A stretch of DNA of 64,000 nt from Candidatus Levybacteria bacterium RIFCSPHIGHO2_01_FULL_40_16. GTDB lineage: Bacteria > Patescibacteriota > Microgenomatia > Levybacterales > UBA12049. Below, one piece after another: positions 1 to 11,264 of this stretch. Each line of letters opens with the position of its first letter. Within the stretch, counting starts at the first letter, position 1. The position numbers and the translations under genes were made by a program. The stretch is from NCBI GenBank assembly GCA_001783805.1, contig MFNS01000007.1:1594-65593 (forward strand), written 5' to 3'. The notes beneath the pieces are model-generated. The model was not told the origin of the DNA. It was given only the letters and a program-made list of their open reading frames with translations, and did not search any database.

Positions 1-2185
1 TCATTTCGTTGTCAAAAACCGAAACCGAAATGCCCGATACCGTTGCCCCATAGAATCCGAGTTTTTTAATCGCGTCGATTAATTTTTCTACTTCATCAGG
101 GGTTTTCGCAGTAATCGCTTGCGTAATAATTGTCTTTATCCCGGATGCATTGATAGATTTATTGATAAATCCAAAAGATGCGGGAAGCGTTTCGTTAAAC
201 AAAATTCTACCCACAGTCGTTTCTTCATTTTTATCTTCGACTCTAACTAGGATTGGCTCGCGAAGGAGTATAGCTTTGACGCTGTATGCCAAAAGCGCAT
301 CCTGCATATCTTTAAATATCGGGAGTCCCGCTTCGCCGCGAGACGAGTCTTCACGTCTTGATGCTTCGTCAATCGAAGTTAAGTAATAGATTCCAACTGC
401 CATCTCTTTGTTAGGAAGCGTAATTGCTCCTCCGTCCGCGGGTTTGAGCAAATTATGTTTTGGCATCATGAGAGTAATTGCTTCTTCCTGAGCTTTTTTG
501 GACAAGGGAATATGCACGGCCATTTGATCTCCGTCAAAGTCGGCATTGTAACCCGCACAAACACAAGGATGAAGGGCAATCGCCGACCCTTCAATTAAAA
601 TCGGATAAAATGCCTGGATACCTAGCTTGTGCAGTGTCGGAGCCCGGTTGAGAAGAACCGGATGATTTTTGGTAATTTCCTCCAAGATATCAAATACCTC
701 CGGCGGACGCTTCTCAATAAATCTTTTGGCAGATTTGATGTTGGGAGCAAATCCCCTGATAATCACTTCCCTAAGCACAAAAGGTTTGAACATTTCCAAA
801 GCCATTTCTTTGGGAAGACCGCACTGAGACAAAGTCAGCTGAGGACCAACGACAATTACCGAACGTCCGGAATAGTCAACTCTTTTACCCAAAAGGTTTT
901 GCCTGAATCTTCCCTGTTTTCCGCGGAGCATGTCTGACAATGATCGCAAAGGGGAAGAGGTAATCTGAGAACTTCTTTGCGCAATATCGATTAACGAATC
1001 AACTGCTTCCTGAAGCATTCTTCTTTCATTTTTAAGAATTATCTGTGGAGCGCCCAAACTCATCAAATGCTTTAACCGGTTATTTCTGTTAATCACTCTT
1101 CTGTATAAATCATTTAGGTCGGAAGTCGCAAAACGTCCTCCGGAAAGTTGAACCATGGGTCTCAAATCCGGCGGAATAACCGGAAGCACTGAAAGCAACA
1201 TAAAGGTTGGCAGGATTTCCGCCTTGCGGATTGATTCAATTAATCTTAATCTTTTAATGAGTTTCAAATATTTTTGCCCCTTGGCTTTTTCGGTTTCTTT
1301 TCGCAAAGTGGCGATTAAATTTGTAATATCAATTTTTTCCAATAATTCCAGGAGTCCTTCCGCACCGGTTCTGATTGTGAAGAAAACCGGAATATCATAT
1401 TCCAAGATTTTGAAATATTCGTCTTCCGAAAGTACGCCGCCGATTCTTAACCCTCTTAAAAGTTTTAAGAGGGCGTCATAAATCTCATCCAATTTTTTGC
1501 TTTCCAGATCTAGTCTTTCGGTCAAGGCTGTGACTTTCTGTCTGGTTGTCAGTTCTATTTCTTGTTCGATAAGCTCTCTTTGTTCCGTTTCGGATTTGCT
1601 GGAAAGAGATTCTTTTTTCTTCTGAGTCATTTCCTCCTGCACTTTTTTCTCTTCAAGATTTAATTTCTGTTTTAATTCCTGCTTTTTCTTTTCGATGTAA
1701 TCTGAGAAGGAATTCAAAGCTTCTTTTTTCTTAGTTTCATCAATATTGATAACCAGGTATGAGGCATAATAAATGACAGATTCAAGGCTTTTTTGAGACA
1801 TATCCAAGAGAAGCGAAAGGGGTGAAGATGAGCCCTTGAAGAACCAAACGTGGGCAACCGGGGTCGCTAAGTTGATGTGCCCCATTCTTTCACGTCTGAC
1901 ACGGGATAGCGTAACTTCGACTCCGCACTTGTCGCAAATTATTCCTCTATATCTGATTCTTTTGTATTTTCCACAATAACATTCCCAGTCTTTGGTTGGC
2001 CCAAAAATCCGTTCATCAAAAAGTCCGTCTTTTTCCGGTCTTAAAGTCCGGTAGTTAATGGTTTCCGGCTTGGTTACTTCGCCGTAGCTCCAAGCCAAGA
2101 TATCTTTAGAGGAAGCTAAAGAAATCTTTAAAGCTTTAAAGTCCAAAATTGTAATATCTTTCATTTTTTTATCTATATTATTCAT
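1..2185 (-). CDS. rpoC: DNA-directed RNA polymerase subunit beta' (RpoC), C-terminally truncated by the window edge. The N-terminus starts at the ATG at 2183-2185, or 2162-2164 for the MKDITIL start.
   Basis: Reverse-strand translation from 2185 gives [45 protein letters not shown]...[24 protein letters not shown]...[12 protein letters not shown], the canonical beta' N-terminus with the [12 protein letters not shown] catalytic motif. It lies directly downstream of rpoB. It is absent from the ORF track only because it runs off the window. Confidence 0.95.
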   Translation of the reverse strand, partial: MNNIDKKMKDITILDFKALKISLASSKDILAWSYGEVTKPETINYRTLRPEKDGLFDERIFGPTKDWECYCGKYKRIRYRGIICDKCGVEVTLSRVRRERMGHINLATPVAHVWFFKGSSSPLSLLLDMSQKSLESVIYYASYLVINIDETKKKEALNSFSDYIEKKKQELKQKLNLEEKKVQEEMTQKKKESLSSKSETEQRELIEQEIELTTRQKVTALTERLDLESKKLDEIYDALLKLLRGLRIGGVLSEDEYFKILEYDIPVFFTIRTGAEGLLELLEKIDITNLIATLRKETEKAKGQKYLKLIKRLRLIESIRKAEILPTFMLLSVLPVIPPDLRPMVQLSGGRFATSDLNDLYRRVINRNNRLKHLMSLGAPQIILKNERRMLQEAVDSLIDIAQRSSQITSSPLRSLSDMLRGKQGRFRQNLLGKRVDYSGRSVIVVGPQLTLSQCGLPKEMALEMFKPFVLREVIIRGFAPNIKSAKRFIEKRPPEVFDILEEITKNHPVLLNRAPTLHKLGIQAFYPILIEGSAIALHPCVCAGYNADFDGDQMAVHIPLSKKAQEEAITLMMPKHNLLKPADGGAITLPNKEMAVGIYYLTSIDEASRREDSSRGEAGLPIFKDMQDALLAYSVKAILLREPILVRVEDKNEETTVGRILFNETLPASFGFINKSINASGIKTIITQAITAKTPDEVEKLIDAIKKLGFYGATVSGISVSVFDNEM

Positions 2186-2189
2186 ATTT

Positions 2190-5100
2190 TTAAGCTTCTA
2201 CTTTGTTATCCTGCGCAGGCGTTTCTACCGAAGCGGCAAGCTGTAATTCCAAGGCATCTTTCTTAACTTTTTCTTCTCCGCTAATTGGCGGATTCTTCTC
2301 GATAATGCTTCCCTCAATTGTCATGGGTACCAATGTTTCCGGAACAACTGTTGCACCGATTGGAGTAATATTCAATCCTAAAGATGCAAGCTCTTTTATC
2401 AAAACCTTGAATGATTCCGGCACCCGCGGGGTGGGAATATCCACTCCCTTGACAATTGCTTCGAAAGCTTTAGCGCGTCCCACGACATCGTCGGATTTGA
2501 TTGTCAACATCTCCTGAAGCGTGTATCGCGCCCGATGCGCATCCAAGGCCCAGACTTCCATTTCTCCCAGACGCTGTCCTCCCATTTGCGCTTTTCCGCC
2601 CAGTGGCTGTTGTGTAACCAAAGAATATGGCCCCGTAGAACGTGCGTGAGTTTTATCTTCAACCATGTGGATAAGTTTCATAATATATTCTACTCCGACC
2701 ACTACGGAATTTTCATAGGCCTCCCCCGTCCGGCCGTCATATAGAGTTGTTTTCCCGTCTTCAGGAAGCTTTGCCTGTTTTAAAGAAGCAATTATCCGGT
2801 CTTCCCCGACCTCTTCAAAAGCAGGGATTCCGACTTTGACACCTAATTTTGCACAAGCTAATCCCAGATGTGCTTCCAGCAATTGTCCCAAATTCATACG
2901 AGCCAAAACTGAAATCGGAGAAATAACAATATCAATTGGCGTACCATCCACGATATAAGGCATATCCGCTTGAGGCAAGATCTTGGAAATAACTCCTTTA
3001 TTCCCATGACGTCCTGCCAGCTTGTCTCCGACCACAACGTGCCTGAATTGGGCTACTTCAATAATAATCTTCCTCAAAGTTCCGGGTTCCAATTCATCTC
3101 CTTTTTTTCTATCCAAGACCTGCACGCTGATAACGGTTCCTCTTTCTCCATGAGGCATTCGCAAAGATGTATCTCTGACTTCTCTGGCTTGTTCTCCAAA
3201 GATCGCTCGCAAAAGTCTTTCTTCGGCTGTCAGCTCTGTTTCTCCTTTTGGAGCAATTTTACCAACCAAAATATCTCCGGGGATTACATCCGATCCCACA
3301 ACCACTATTCCTTCTTCATCAAGATTAGCCAAGTCTTCTTCGGAAACATTTGGAATATCGCGGGTTGTTTCTTCGGGGCCTAGTTTTGTTTCAACTACCG
3401 CCGCTTCGTGTTTTTCGATATGGATTGAGGAAAGGGCATCCTCTTTGACCAATCTATCCGATATCACAATCGCGTCTTCATATCCTAATCCATCCAAAGA
3501 TGCATAAGCAATCAAAAGATTCTGTCCTAGCGCCAATTCTCCATTGTCCGAAGACGGTCCGTCAATCAAGAGATCGCCTTTTTTGACTCTGTCCCCATCT
3601 TTAACTACCGCTCTTTGTGTATAGGCAGTTGCCTGAGAAGTTCGTTTGAAAGAATCGATCTGATAAGTTATCTCCTCAGATCTTGACTTTCCTTTGATGG
3701 TTACCTTATTTGCGTCCGCATAGATAATTGTTCCGTCAAACTGCGCGCGGACAACCCGTCCCATGACTGAAGCGACAACTTTCTCCATATCCGTACCGAC
3801 TATTGGACTTTCCGGCGCAACCAAAGGAACAGCCTGACACTGCATATGCGTACCCATCAAAGCTCTATTTGTTTCATCATGGGAGACAAAAGGAATAAGC
3901 GAGGCTGAAGTTCCGACAACTTGCCTTGGAACAACGTCAATAAAATCAACTTTTTCCTTTTCGACTTCCATAAATCCGCCTTGATATCTGACAGGAACAC
4001 GTTGGGCCTCGATGGTGTTTTTGGTTAGAGTACCCGCATGGGTAATATAAAATTTCCTCTCATCATCTGCAGCCAGATAAACGATTTCGTCCGTTGCGGT
4101 TACAGCTGTATCATTGCCTCTTTTTGCCTTATGAACTTTTCTGTAGGGGGTTTCCAGAAATCCATGCTCGTTAACCCTGGAATATAAAGCCAAATAAGTA
4201 ACTAAACCGATATTGGGCCCTTCGGGACTTCTAATCGGACAAATTCTTCCGTACTGAGAGCTATTGATGTCTCTAATCGAGAAGGCTGCTCTTTCTCTGG
4301 AAATTCCGCCTGTTCCCATGACTGTCAAACGGTTGAGATTATCTATTTCGGACAAGGGATTTGTTTGATCAAGAATGGTTGAGAGCTGAGATGTCCGGAA
4401 GAACTCATTGATTGAAGCCATAATTGGCCTGGCATTAATGAGTGCCCCGATTGACGGCGGAATATCCGGCTGGATAAGACTCATTCTTTCTTTGACACTG
4501 CGCTCCAACCTTAGAACTCCAACCCTAAAAGCTGTGGTTGCAACCAATTCCCCAACCCTTCTGACGCGTCTGTTAGCTAAACTGTCAATATCATCAACGC
4601 CCTCTTCTCCCTGAGCCAACCTAATGAGGAAACTTATTGTTCCTAGAATATCTTCCCGGGTTAAAATGCTCACGTTTGACTCTGCGAAGCCCGGCATTCC
4701 GTTAAGTTTTTTGTTTATCTTGTATCTTCCTACTTCACCCAAATCATAACGGCGGGAATTGAAAAATAATCCGTCAAAATTCTCTTTAACTTTTTCAAAA
4801 ACAACCGGTTCTCCTGGATGCATTTTCTTAAATATCTCAATAATTGCATCTTTGGAGTTGCCTGTTTCATCTTTCTGCAGCGTATTTTCTATGAAGGTTG
4901 TTCTCCCTTCTGTCTCCAATCCCTTGAAAGATTCCTTAATGTCTTCATTTGAGGAGAATCCGATTGCTCTTAAAAATGTTGTAGCCAAAAACTTTCTGCG
5001 CCTATCGATTTTAACCGTAACTGTTTCATGTCTGGTGGTTGAGAATTCGAGCCATGATCCATGAATTGGCCTTATTTCGGCCGTATACAATTTTTTACCA

Positions 5101-5567
5101 GTGACGTTGTCGTGAACTGCGGTAAAAAATACTCCCGGTGAACGGACTAGCTGATTAACAACTGTTCTCTCGACACCATTGATAATAAAGGTCCCCCTGT
5201 CGGTCATTTGCGGAATATCTCCCAAAAAGACTTCTTGTTCTATCGTGGCATTGGTTTTTTTATTGGTCAGGGTTGTTTCTACGTAGAGGGGCGCATCGTA
5301 CATGAGGCCTTTGGAAAGAGCAATTTCCGGTGTGTTTGAACTCTTGCCTATTCTGTATTTTTTGAATTCCAATCTCCAGTTTTTTTCCGTAAAATCATCA
5401 ATCGGAGAAATTTCTTTAATTATTTGCCCAATTCCAACTTCGAGAAACCATTTATAGGAACTTTTTTGTACATCCAGAAGGTCTAGTCGTGGCAAGAAAG
5501 AGTATTCTTTTCCCCAGTTTTGTCGGACAGTATTAGTTTTTTTATCAAGTTTAGTCATCACCAACAA
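2190..5567 (-). CDS. rpoB: DNA-directed RNA polymerase subunit beta (RpoB)
   Basis: 1125-aa ORF with conserved beta-subunit blocks ([32 protein letters not shown]-like, [16 protein letters not shown]-terminal [13 protein letters not shown]). Followed by rpoC. Confidence 0.97.
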   Translation of the reverse strand: MLVMTKLDKKTNTVRQNWGKEYSFLPRLDLLDVQKSSYKWFLEVGIGQIIKEISPIDDFTEKNWRLEFKKYRIGKSSNTPEIALSKGLMYDAPLYVETTLTNKKTNATIEQEVFLGDIPQMTDRGTFIINGVERTVVNQLVRSPGVFFTAVHDNVTGKKLYTAEIRPIHGSWLEFSTTRHETVTVKIDRRRKFLATTFLRAIGFSSNEDIKESFKGLETEGRTTFIENTLQKDETGNSKDAIIEIFKKMHPGEPVVFEKVKENFDGLFFNSRRYDLGEVGRYKINKKLNGMPGFAESNVSILTREDILGTISFLIRLAQGEEGVDDIDSLANRRVRRVGELVATTAFRVGVLRLERSVKERMSLIQPDIPPSIGALINARPIMASINEFFRTSQLSTILDQTNPLSEIDNLNRLTVMGTGGISRERAAFSIRDINSSQYGRICPIRSPEGPNIGLVTYLALYSRVNEHGFLETPYRKVHKAKRGNDTAVTATDEIVYLAADDERKFYITHAGTLTKNTIEAQRVPVRYQGGFMEVEKEKVDFIDVVPRQVVGTSASLIPFVSHDETNRALMGTHMQCQAVPLVAPESPIVGTDMEKVVASVMGRVVRAQFDGTIIYADANKVTIKGKSRSEEITYQIDSFKRTSQATAYTQRAVVKDGDRVKKGDLLIDGPSSDNGELALGQNLLIAYASLDGLGYEDAIVISDRLVKEDALSSIHIEKHEAAVVETKLGPEETTRDIPNVSEEDLANLDEEGIVVVGSDVIPGDILVGKIAPKGETELTAEERLLRAIFGEQAREVRDTSLRMPHGERGTVISVQVLDRKKGDELEPGTLRKIIIEVAQFRHVVVGDKLAGRHGNKGVISKILPQADMPYIVDGTPIDIVISPISVLARMNLGQLLEAHLGLACAKLGVKVGIPAFEEVGEDRIIASLKQAKLPEDGKTTLYDGRTGEAYENSVVVGVEYIMKLIHMVEDKTHARSTGPYSLVTQQPLGGKAQMGGQRLGEMEVWALDAHRARYTLQEMLTIKSDDVVGRAKAFEAIVKGVDIPTPRVPESFKVLIKELASLGLNITPIGATVVPETLVPMTIEGSIIEKNPPISGEEKVKKDALELQLAASVETPAQDNKVEA

Positions 5568-5640
5568 AAAAAACGCACAAGGCGTACCACCTTTACTTCG
5601 TTTTCGTATAGAGTAATAAATTTATACCACATCCTCCCGC
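5568..5640 (-). promoter_or_regulatory. rpoBC promoter (TTGACA-17-TATAAA) with a ~70-nt leader
   Basis: Minus strand reads cTTGACAtgggcgggaggatgtggTATAAAtttatt... then ~70 nt to the rpoB ATG. This is one of the few long leaders in the window. Confidence 0.5.
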
Positions 5641-5716
5641 CCATGTCAAGCCCCCAAAAAAAGATTTTTCCTGAGGCTTAACCCCAGGGGTCGCCGCACG
5701 AAAATTTTTATGTTCA

Positions 5717-6136
5717 CTATTTTTCGCTGCGAGGACGGGGAGCTTGTCCTAATTTCTTTTTCATAAAGCGGGCTTCTGCTTCCTCGGTGTATCTGTAAGA
5801 CCTTGGCCTATATTCGGAAGTGTGAGTATTTATTTTGTCTTTAAGTAATGGAAACTTTTCTAAATCTTCTAATTTGCAGGCTGTTGTTCCTCCCGCAAAA
5901 ATAACAAATCCTCCTTCTGCCCAAAGTTGTATGGAAGGATTATGCTCTTGTGATGTTTCCTTTCTTCCCGTCAGCAACGCTGCAAAAGGTTTACCTCTGG
6001 AAGGAAAAACTACAATTGCCACATCTCTTTTTGTAAAGTTTCTAAGTGGCACAAATTCAGCTCCATTATTTTGAGGCACATAGCCTTTGAGTTTTTCCAT
6101 GTCGCGATTATAGCAACTTACATTAAATAAAACCAT
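5717..6136 (-). CDS. hypothetical protein (139 aa), sitting where rplJ/rplL would normally precede rpoB
   Basis: ORF only; no motif recognised. Its start is 35 bp from the alaS start, with overlapping -10 boxes. Confidence 0.4.
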   Translation of the reverse strand: MVLFNVSCYNRDMEKLKGYVPQNNGAEFVPLRNFTKRDVAIVVFPSRGKPFAALLTGRKETSQEHNPSIQLWAEGGFVIFAGGTTACKLEDLEKFPLLKDKINTHTSEYRPRSYRYTEEAEARFMKKKLGQAPRPRSEK

Positions 6137-6171
6137 AGATTAGAATGCGGAATTGAGATATAATAGTATAT

Positions 6172-8145
6172 ATGACAGCGAAGGAAATTATTGAAAAATA
6201 TATTGCGTTTTTTGAGAAACGCGGGCACAAAAGAATTGAGAATGCTCCTCTGGTCCCGCAGAATGACCCAACTACCCTTTTCACCTCATCCGGTATGCAG
6301 CCTTTGGTCCCCTATCTTTTGGGAAAAGCTCACCCAATGGGAAAAAAATTGGTAAATGTTCAGAATTGCTTCAGAGCTGTGGACATAGATGAGGTCGGAG
6401 ACAATCGCCACACAACATTCTTTAGAATGCTGGGAAATTGGAGTTTAGGTGATCCTGCCCGCAATGCTCCGCAAAGCGATGCAGGCGGGTACTTTAAGAA
6501 AGAACACCTCCCTTGGATTTGGGAATTTGTCACTAAAGATTTAAAAATACCAATCAGTAAACTTTATATAACAGTTTTTAAAGGATACAGGGATATTCCA
6601 AAAGATGCCGAATCAGAAAAAATCTGGACTGATATTCTTACAAAAGAAGGATTGGATCCCAAAGAAAGAATATTTTTTTACGACACGCAAAACTGGTGGT
6701 CCCGCACCGGAGAACCGGATAAAATGCCTGTGGGTGAACCGGGCGGACCGGACTCGGAAATCTTCTTCGATTTCGAAACACCCCATACTACAGAGTATGG
6801 AAGGAAATGTCATCCAAATTGTCAATGCGGTCGTTTTATGGAAATTGTTAACAGCGTGTTCATGGAATACCAAAAGCAAGAAGATGGCAGTTTTAAAAAA
6901 CTTCCTCAACAAAACGTTGACCATGGTGCTGGCGTGGAAAGACTTCTGTCTGCAGTTGAAAACCAACAGGATATTTTTCAAACTTCTCTTTTTAAACCAA
7001 TCGTTAACGCAATTGAACAGATATTAAAAAGTGATTATAAAATAAATAGTCGAGCAATCAGAATTATAACGGATCACTTAATAGCTTCTACTTTTATTGC
7101 AGCAAATGGAATTATTCCTTCAAACAAAGAACAAGGATATATCCTGCGGAGGCTTTTAAGAAGGGCAATTCGATATGGGAAACAATTAGGAGTTGACAAA
7201 ATATTTACTTCTGATATTGCTTCTGTAATTATCAAAAATTATTCAGATACAGATTCTGATCTTACCGAAAAAGAAAAACTCATCAAAGATTTATTCAACG
7301 AAGAAGAAAAAAAGTTTGCTCAAGTTATCCAAGAGGGACTTAGGAGATCGGAAAAGATATTTGAAATAAAAACCCCAATTAAAACAGGCTTATATTCAAA
7401 ACTAATGCAAATTTCCGACAAAAAAGAACTGTTTAGAAATATTTACCGTAATAAAATTCCAAAGAATATTTTAATACCCATAGGGGAAATTAAACTGGCA
7501 ACTATAAGCGGGGAAGAGGCGTTTAATTTATATCAGTCTTTCGGCTTCCCGATAGAAATGATCATTGAGCTTGTTCAGGAAAAAGGTTTATTAGTTGATA
7601 TAGAAGCATTTGAAAAAGAAATAGAAAAGCATCAGAAAATTTCTAAGGTTGGGGCGGAGAAAAAGTTTAAGGGTGGGTTGGCGGACACCTCGGAAAAGAC
7701 TATCATGGGGCATACGGCAACGCATTTACTACATAAAGCCTTAAGAGATCTCCTTGGCGAAAATGTTCATCAGACCGGCTCAAACATTACTTCCGAGCGA
7801 ATCCGCTTTGATTTTAATTATGATAAAAACCTTGCTCCTGAACAAATCAAGAAGATTGAGGAAGTAGTTAAGGAAAAAATCCGTGAGAATCTCCCTGTCC
7901 ATTTTGAAATGCTTTCCTTAGCAAAAGCGAAAGAAATTGGCGCAATCGGACTTTTCGATGAAAAATATGGACAAACTGTCAAGGTTTACTTTGTTGGACC
8001 AAAGACCAAAGACCAAAGACCATATTCTATCGAATTTTGCGGAGGCCCGCATGTCGCGTTTACTTCAGAGATAAAAAGTTTTAGAATAATTAAGCAGGAA
8101 AATATCGGCAAAGGAAACCGTAGAATTTACGCTAAAGTTGGTTAA
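6172..8145 (+). CDS. alaS: alanyl-tRNA synthetase, short form (catalytic + editing domains, no C-Ala domain), carrying a 36-nt in-frame element
   Basis: NDPTTLFTSSGMQP and GNWSLGD[PARNAPQSDAGG]YFKKE match the AlaS class II motifs, here interrupted. The editing-domain HTATHLLHKAL and CGGPHV zinc motifs are present. The protein is 657 aa versus ~870 typical. Confidence 0.9.
   Translation: MTAKEIIEKYIAFFEKRGHKRIENAPLVPQNDPTTLFTSSGMQPLVPYLLGKAHPMGKKLVNVQNCFRAVDIDEVGDNRHTTFFRMLGNWSLGDPARNAPQSDAGGYFKKEHLPWIWEFVTKDLKIPISKLYITVFKGYRDIPKDAESEKIWTDILTKEGLDPKERIFFYDTQNWWSRTGEPDKMPVGEPGGPDSEIFFDFETPHTTEYGRKCHPNCQCGRFMEIVNSVFMEYQKQEDGSFKKLPQQNVDHGAGVERLLSAVENQQDIFQTSLFKPIVNAIEQILKSDYKINSRAIRIITDHLIASTFIAANGIIPSNKEQGYILRRLLRRAIRYGKQLGVDKIFTSDIASVIIKNYSDTDSDLTEKEKLIKDLFNEEEKKFAQVIQEGLRRSEKIFEIKTPIKTGLYSKLMQISDKKELFRNIYRNKIPKNILIPIGEIKLATISGEEAFNLYQSFGFPIEMIIELVQEKGLLVDIEAFEKEIEKHQKISKVGAEKKFKGGLADTSEKTIMGHTATHLLHKALRDLLGENVHQTGSNITSERIRFDFNYDKNLAPEQIKKIEEVVKEKIRENLPVHFEMLSLAKAKEIGAIGLFDEKYGQTVKVYFVGPKTKDQRPYSIEFCGGPHVAFTSEIKSFRIIKQENIGKGNRRIYAKVG
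6454..6489 (+). repeat. 36-nt GC-rich hairpin element inserted in frame, copy 1, inside alaS
   Basis: cctgcccgcaatgctccgcaaagcgatgcaggcggg. It splits the conserved GNWSLGD|YFK motif and is 33/36 identical to the metG copy. It folds as a 13-bp imperfect hairpin. Confidence 0.8.
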
Positions 8146-8148
8146 GCT

Positions 8149-10452
8149 ATGAATCTGCCATTTTTTAGTAGATTTAACAAGAAAGTTCTACCTTTATATT
8201 ATTTAGTTCTGATCCTAAGAGACGAAAAGGCTCGGGCAGTAATCTTTGAAGAGCTCGAAGGCAGAGTAAAAATCATCGGGCAAAAAGAAGAACATTTTTC
8301 TGTTTCTATAGATGCCGTCTCTCAGGAAGAACTTTTGGAAAAATTAGATAAAGCAATTTCGGGAGCCGAATCAACGCTTCCTGAAAATATACAAACGCAA
8401 AAAACAATTTTTGGAGTTAAGGAATCCTGGACAGACAATGATCAGATAAAAAAGGAATATCTCGCAAAACTCAAAAAGGTAAGTTCGGAATTGGGATTAG
8501 TCCCGATTGGTTTTTTGGTAATAGCGCAGGCAATTTCACATTTATTGCAAAAGGAGGAAGGAGCGCCTGTTTCCGCAATCCTTACGGAAATTAACAAGAA
8601 AAGTGTAACAGTAACACTTTTGCGAGCGGGAAAAAGTATAGAAACAAGAAGCTCCGAGATTCACGATTCTATTCCCTTTACCGTTGACACCCTCTTAAAA
8701 CATTTTAATATTCCGGAAATTCTACCATCCAGAATTATAATCTTTAACGGAAAAGAAGATTTAAGTCAGGAATTTATTTCCCACGCCTGGAGCAAAAGTT
8801 TGCCTTTTCTTCATCTTCCCCAAATATACTCTCTGCCTACTGGATTCGATGCGAAAGCAGTCCTTTTTGGCGCAGCCACACAAATGGGATTTGAAGTTAT
8901 GGAGAAAGATATACCAGCAACCACTGAAACACAGAACGAAACAGAAACGCAGAATTTCAGTGCCTTAGAGAAACTCAGTGATTCAGCGGTTGCAAGAGAA
9001 AAAAATCTCATCGAAGAGCCAATACTTTACAAAAATTTAGGAGCTTCAGATTTTGGATTTGCTAAAGATGTAGATGTCGCGAAGATGGAGTTTCAAGAAG
9101 AACAACCTACCCGTAATGTCCACCAGGACGATGCAGGCGGGAAAGTAATTCCTCAGATTGACGAAGAAGAATATGCAATACCCAATCCGCCTAAAAAACC
9201 CGACAATATCTTAACCTTAGCAATAAATACCCTAGCTGCGATTTTAGGCTTAATATTTACAATTGCTGAGAAAATAAATATTAAAAAAATCTTATCTTTT
9301 GCTACTTCGGGAAAATTAATAACCGTGGTTCCGGCAATTTTAATTTTGATTGTTGCGCTGATCGTTAGCTACTTCCTATTTCTAAAAGCAACGCTTGAGA
9401 TAACTGTAGATCCAAAGATTCTTGAGCAGAATAAAAGCGTGCTATTCTCGACAACTAAGCCGACCGATCCTAGCCAAAATATTATCAAAGGAGAGTTTAT
9501 AACAACATCCGAAGATGGCTCTGTCTCAACTCCTGCTACCGGAAAAAAGGATGTTGGCACTCCCGCGAAAGGAACAGTCATAATTTACAATGATAGTGAT
9601 ACCGCCAGAACCTTAGCTGAAGGGACAATATTAAAAGCTCCCAATGGACTTGAATTTACGCTTGATTCGTCAACTACTATAAAAGCGGTTGCATCTCACT
9701 CGGCAAATGAAAATCCCCCTCCTGAAAAAACTACAGCGAACGTAACCGCTGATCAACTGGGCAAAGAATCCAATCTTCCTTCAGGTACAAAATTTTCTGT
9801 AGCATCTCTTAATACATCTGAAATAATAGCAATAAATGATAATCCTTTTTCCGGCGGAACAAAAAAAGAAGTGACCGTAGTTTCAAAAAGTGACTCAACT
9901 AAATTAGAGGGGGATCTTCTTAAGCAATTAGAAAATAACGCCAGAAAAGATCTTCAAGAACAAGTTGGGCAAGATAAAATTTTACTTTCTGCTTTTATTT
10001 CGGAGACTTTAAGCAGTAAATCCTTGAATGTAAAAATTGGAGACGAGGTAAATCAAGTAACCTTAACCGGAACAGTTGAGTATCAGGGGCTTTCGTACGA
10101 CAAAAACGACATGATAACATTTGGCAAATTTCTTCTTTCCAAAGATATCCCCCTTGATCAGGAAATTGATTTTAATAATATTAAAGCATCTGTTCTTGAT
10201 ATAAAAAATAAAAATGATGAAGAAACAGAAGCAAGTCTGAGTATCAAAGCGCTCTTGCTACCAAAAATTGATGAAAATAAATTAACAAAAGATTTAAAAG
10301 GAAAACCTTTTAAAACTGCCGAAGATGTACTTTATAAATTGCCTCAAGTTGCAAATGTAAAGATCAAGCTTTCTCCTAATCTCCCATTGCTGCCAAAGAA
10401 CTTACCGGCAAGAGAAAAAAATATAAAAGTTTTAATTAAAATAAATGGGTAA
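8149..10452 (+). CDS. large hypothetical membrane protein (767 aa) with a central TM segment. The N-terminal ~250 aa are loosely FtsA/PilM-like. It contains copy 2 of the in-frame 36-nt element.
   Basis: ORF with a hydrophobic stretch ILTLAINTLAAILGLIFTIAEK...VVPAILILIVALIVSYFLFL. The insert encodes PTRNVHQDDAGG. Confidence 0.5.
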   Translation: MNLPFFSRFNKKVLPLYYLVLILRDEKARAVIFEELEGRVKIIGQKEEHFSVSIDAVSQEELLEKLDKAISGAESTLPENIQTQKTIFGVKESWTDNDQIKKEYLAKLKKVSSELGLVPIGFLVIAQAISHLLQKEEGAPVSAILTEINKKSVTVTLLRAGKSIETRSSEIHDSIPFTVDTLLKHFNIPEILPSRIIIFNGKEDLSQEFISHAWSKSLPFLHLPQIYSLPTGFDAKAVLFGAATQMGFEVMEKDIPATTETQNETETQNFSALEKLSDSAVAREKNLIEEPILYKNLGASDFGFAKDVDVAKMEFQEEQPTRNVHQDDAGGKVIPQIDEEEYAIPNPPKKPDNILTLAINTLAAILGLIFTIAEKINIKKILSFATSGKLITVVPAILILIVALIVSYFLFLKATLEITVDPKILEQNKSVLFSTTKPTDPSQNIIKGEFITTSEDGSVSTPATGKKDVGTPAKGTVIIYNDSDTARTLAEGTILKAPNGLEFTLDSSTTIKAVASHSANENPPPEKTTANVTADQLGKESNLPSGTKFSVASLNTSEIIAINDNPFSGGTKKEVTVVSKSDSTKLEGDLLKQLENNARKDLQEQVGQDKILLSAFISETLSSKSLNVKIGDEVNQVTLTGTVEYQGLSYDKNDMITFGKFLLSKDIPLDQEIDFNNIKASVLDIKNKNDEETEASLSIKALLLPKIDENKLTKDLKGKPFKTAEDVLYKLPQVANVKIKLSPNLPLLPKNLPAREKNIKVLIKING
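9106..9141 (+). repeat. 36-nt in-frame hairpin element, copy 2 (diverged)
   Basis: cctacccgtaatgtccaccaggacgatgcaggcggg. It has the same ends (cct..c and cgatgcaggcggg) and the same length as the alaS and metG copies. Confidence 0.6.
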
Positions 10453-11155
10453 ATATTATTACAAAAAAAATGCACAAGATAACTTTAAGAAATATCTTCG
10501 TCTGACAAGCGGTCTTCTTTTATTGATCGGCATTTCAATTATTTTATATATTTTGTTTCCTATAATATCTTGGCGAATATATTTCAGCCCCGCATTTACT
10601 TCTCAAGATTTTACGCTATCCATTCCCCGTGCAAATATTGTTGATCTGGCAAGAAATTTAATAGATCCAACCGACTACACCAGGGCTGAAAACTGGTTTA
10701 AAAACTTCAAACCCGCCTCTAACCAAAAAAACCAAGTTGATGCTTCTTCTTATACCATTTCTATACCAACGATAAAGATAACCGAGGCTGTAGTTTCTAC
10801 AATTGACAACGATCTGGCAAAACACTTGGTCAATTATCAAGGCACAGGCATCCCCGGCAGGAATGGAAATGCGGTAATTTTTGGTCATTCAACTCTTCCG
10901 CAATTATTTAATCCCAAAGATTACAAAACAATTTTCGCCAATGTTTACAAACTTAAGAATGGAGACATGATTTATGCCACCGTCACTGGCGTCACTTATT
11001 CATATAAAATATTTAAGACAATAGTCGTTGATCCCGAGAACAGTTCCGCACTGGTTCAGGACTATGATAATTCTTATCTAACCTTAGTGACTTGCACTCC
11101 CCCCGGGACAACTTGGAAACGGTTGATTGTTAAAGCTGTACTTATAAAAATATGA
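10445..11155 (+). CDS. sortase family transpeptidase
   Basis: N-terminal TM segment, the catalytic His motif AVIFGHS, and the TLVTCTP (TLxTC) active-site cysteine motif. Confidence 0.8.
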   Translation: MGKYYYKKNAQDNFKKYLRLTSGLLLLIGISIILYILFPIISWRIYFSPAFTSQDFTLSIPRANIVDLARNLIDPTDYTRAENWFKNFKPASNQKNQVDASSYTISIPTIKITEAVVSTIDNDLAKHLVNYQGTGIPGRNGNAVIFGHSTLPQLFNPKDYKTIFANVYKLKNGDMIYATVTGVTYSYKIFKTIVVDPENSSALVQDYDNSYLTLVTCTPPGTTWKRLIVKAVLIKI

Positions 11156-11264
11156 AAAAAATCTGGCCGACTTTTTACCGACTCATTAATTCCTTTCTTT
11201 ATTTTATCCTTTCCGTATTTAAAGCTGCAGTTTCTATAGCCTTAAAACAAATAAAGGAATAATT

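Noticed and set aside
2203-5064. Multiple + strand ORFs (104, 69, 137, 68, 101 aa) inside rpoB, and 150..1481 + ORFs inside rpoC
   Set aside because: They are antisense to long, clearly conserved RNA polymerase genes. They are spurious products of low-stop-codon reading frames.
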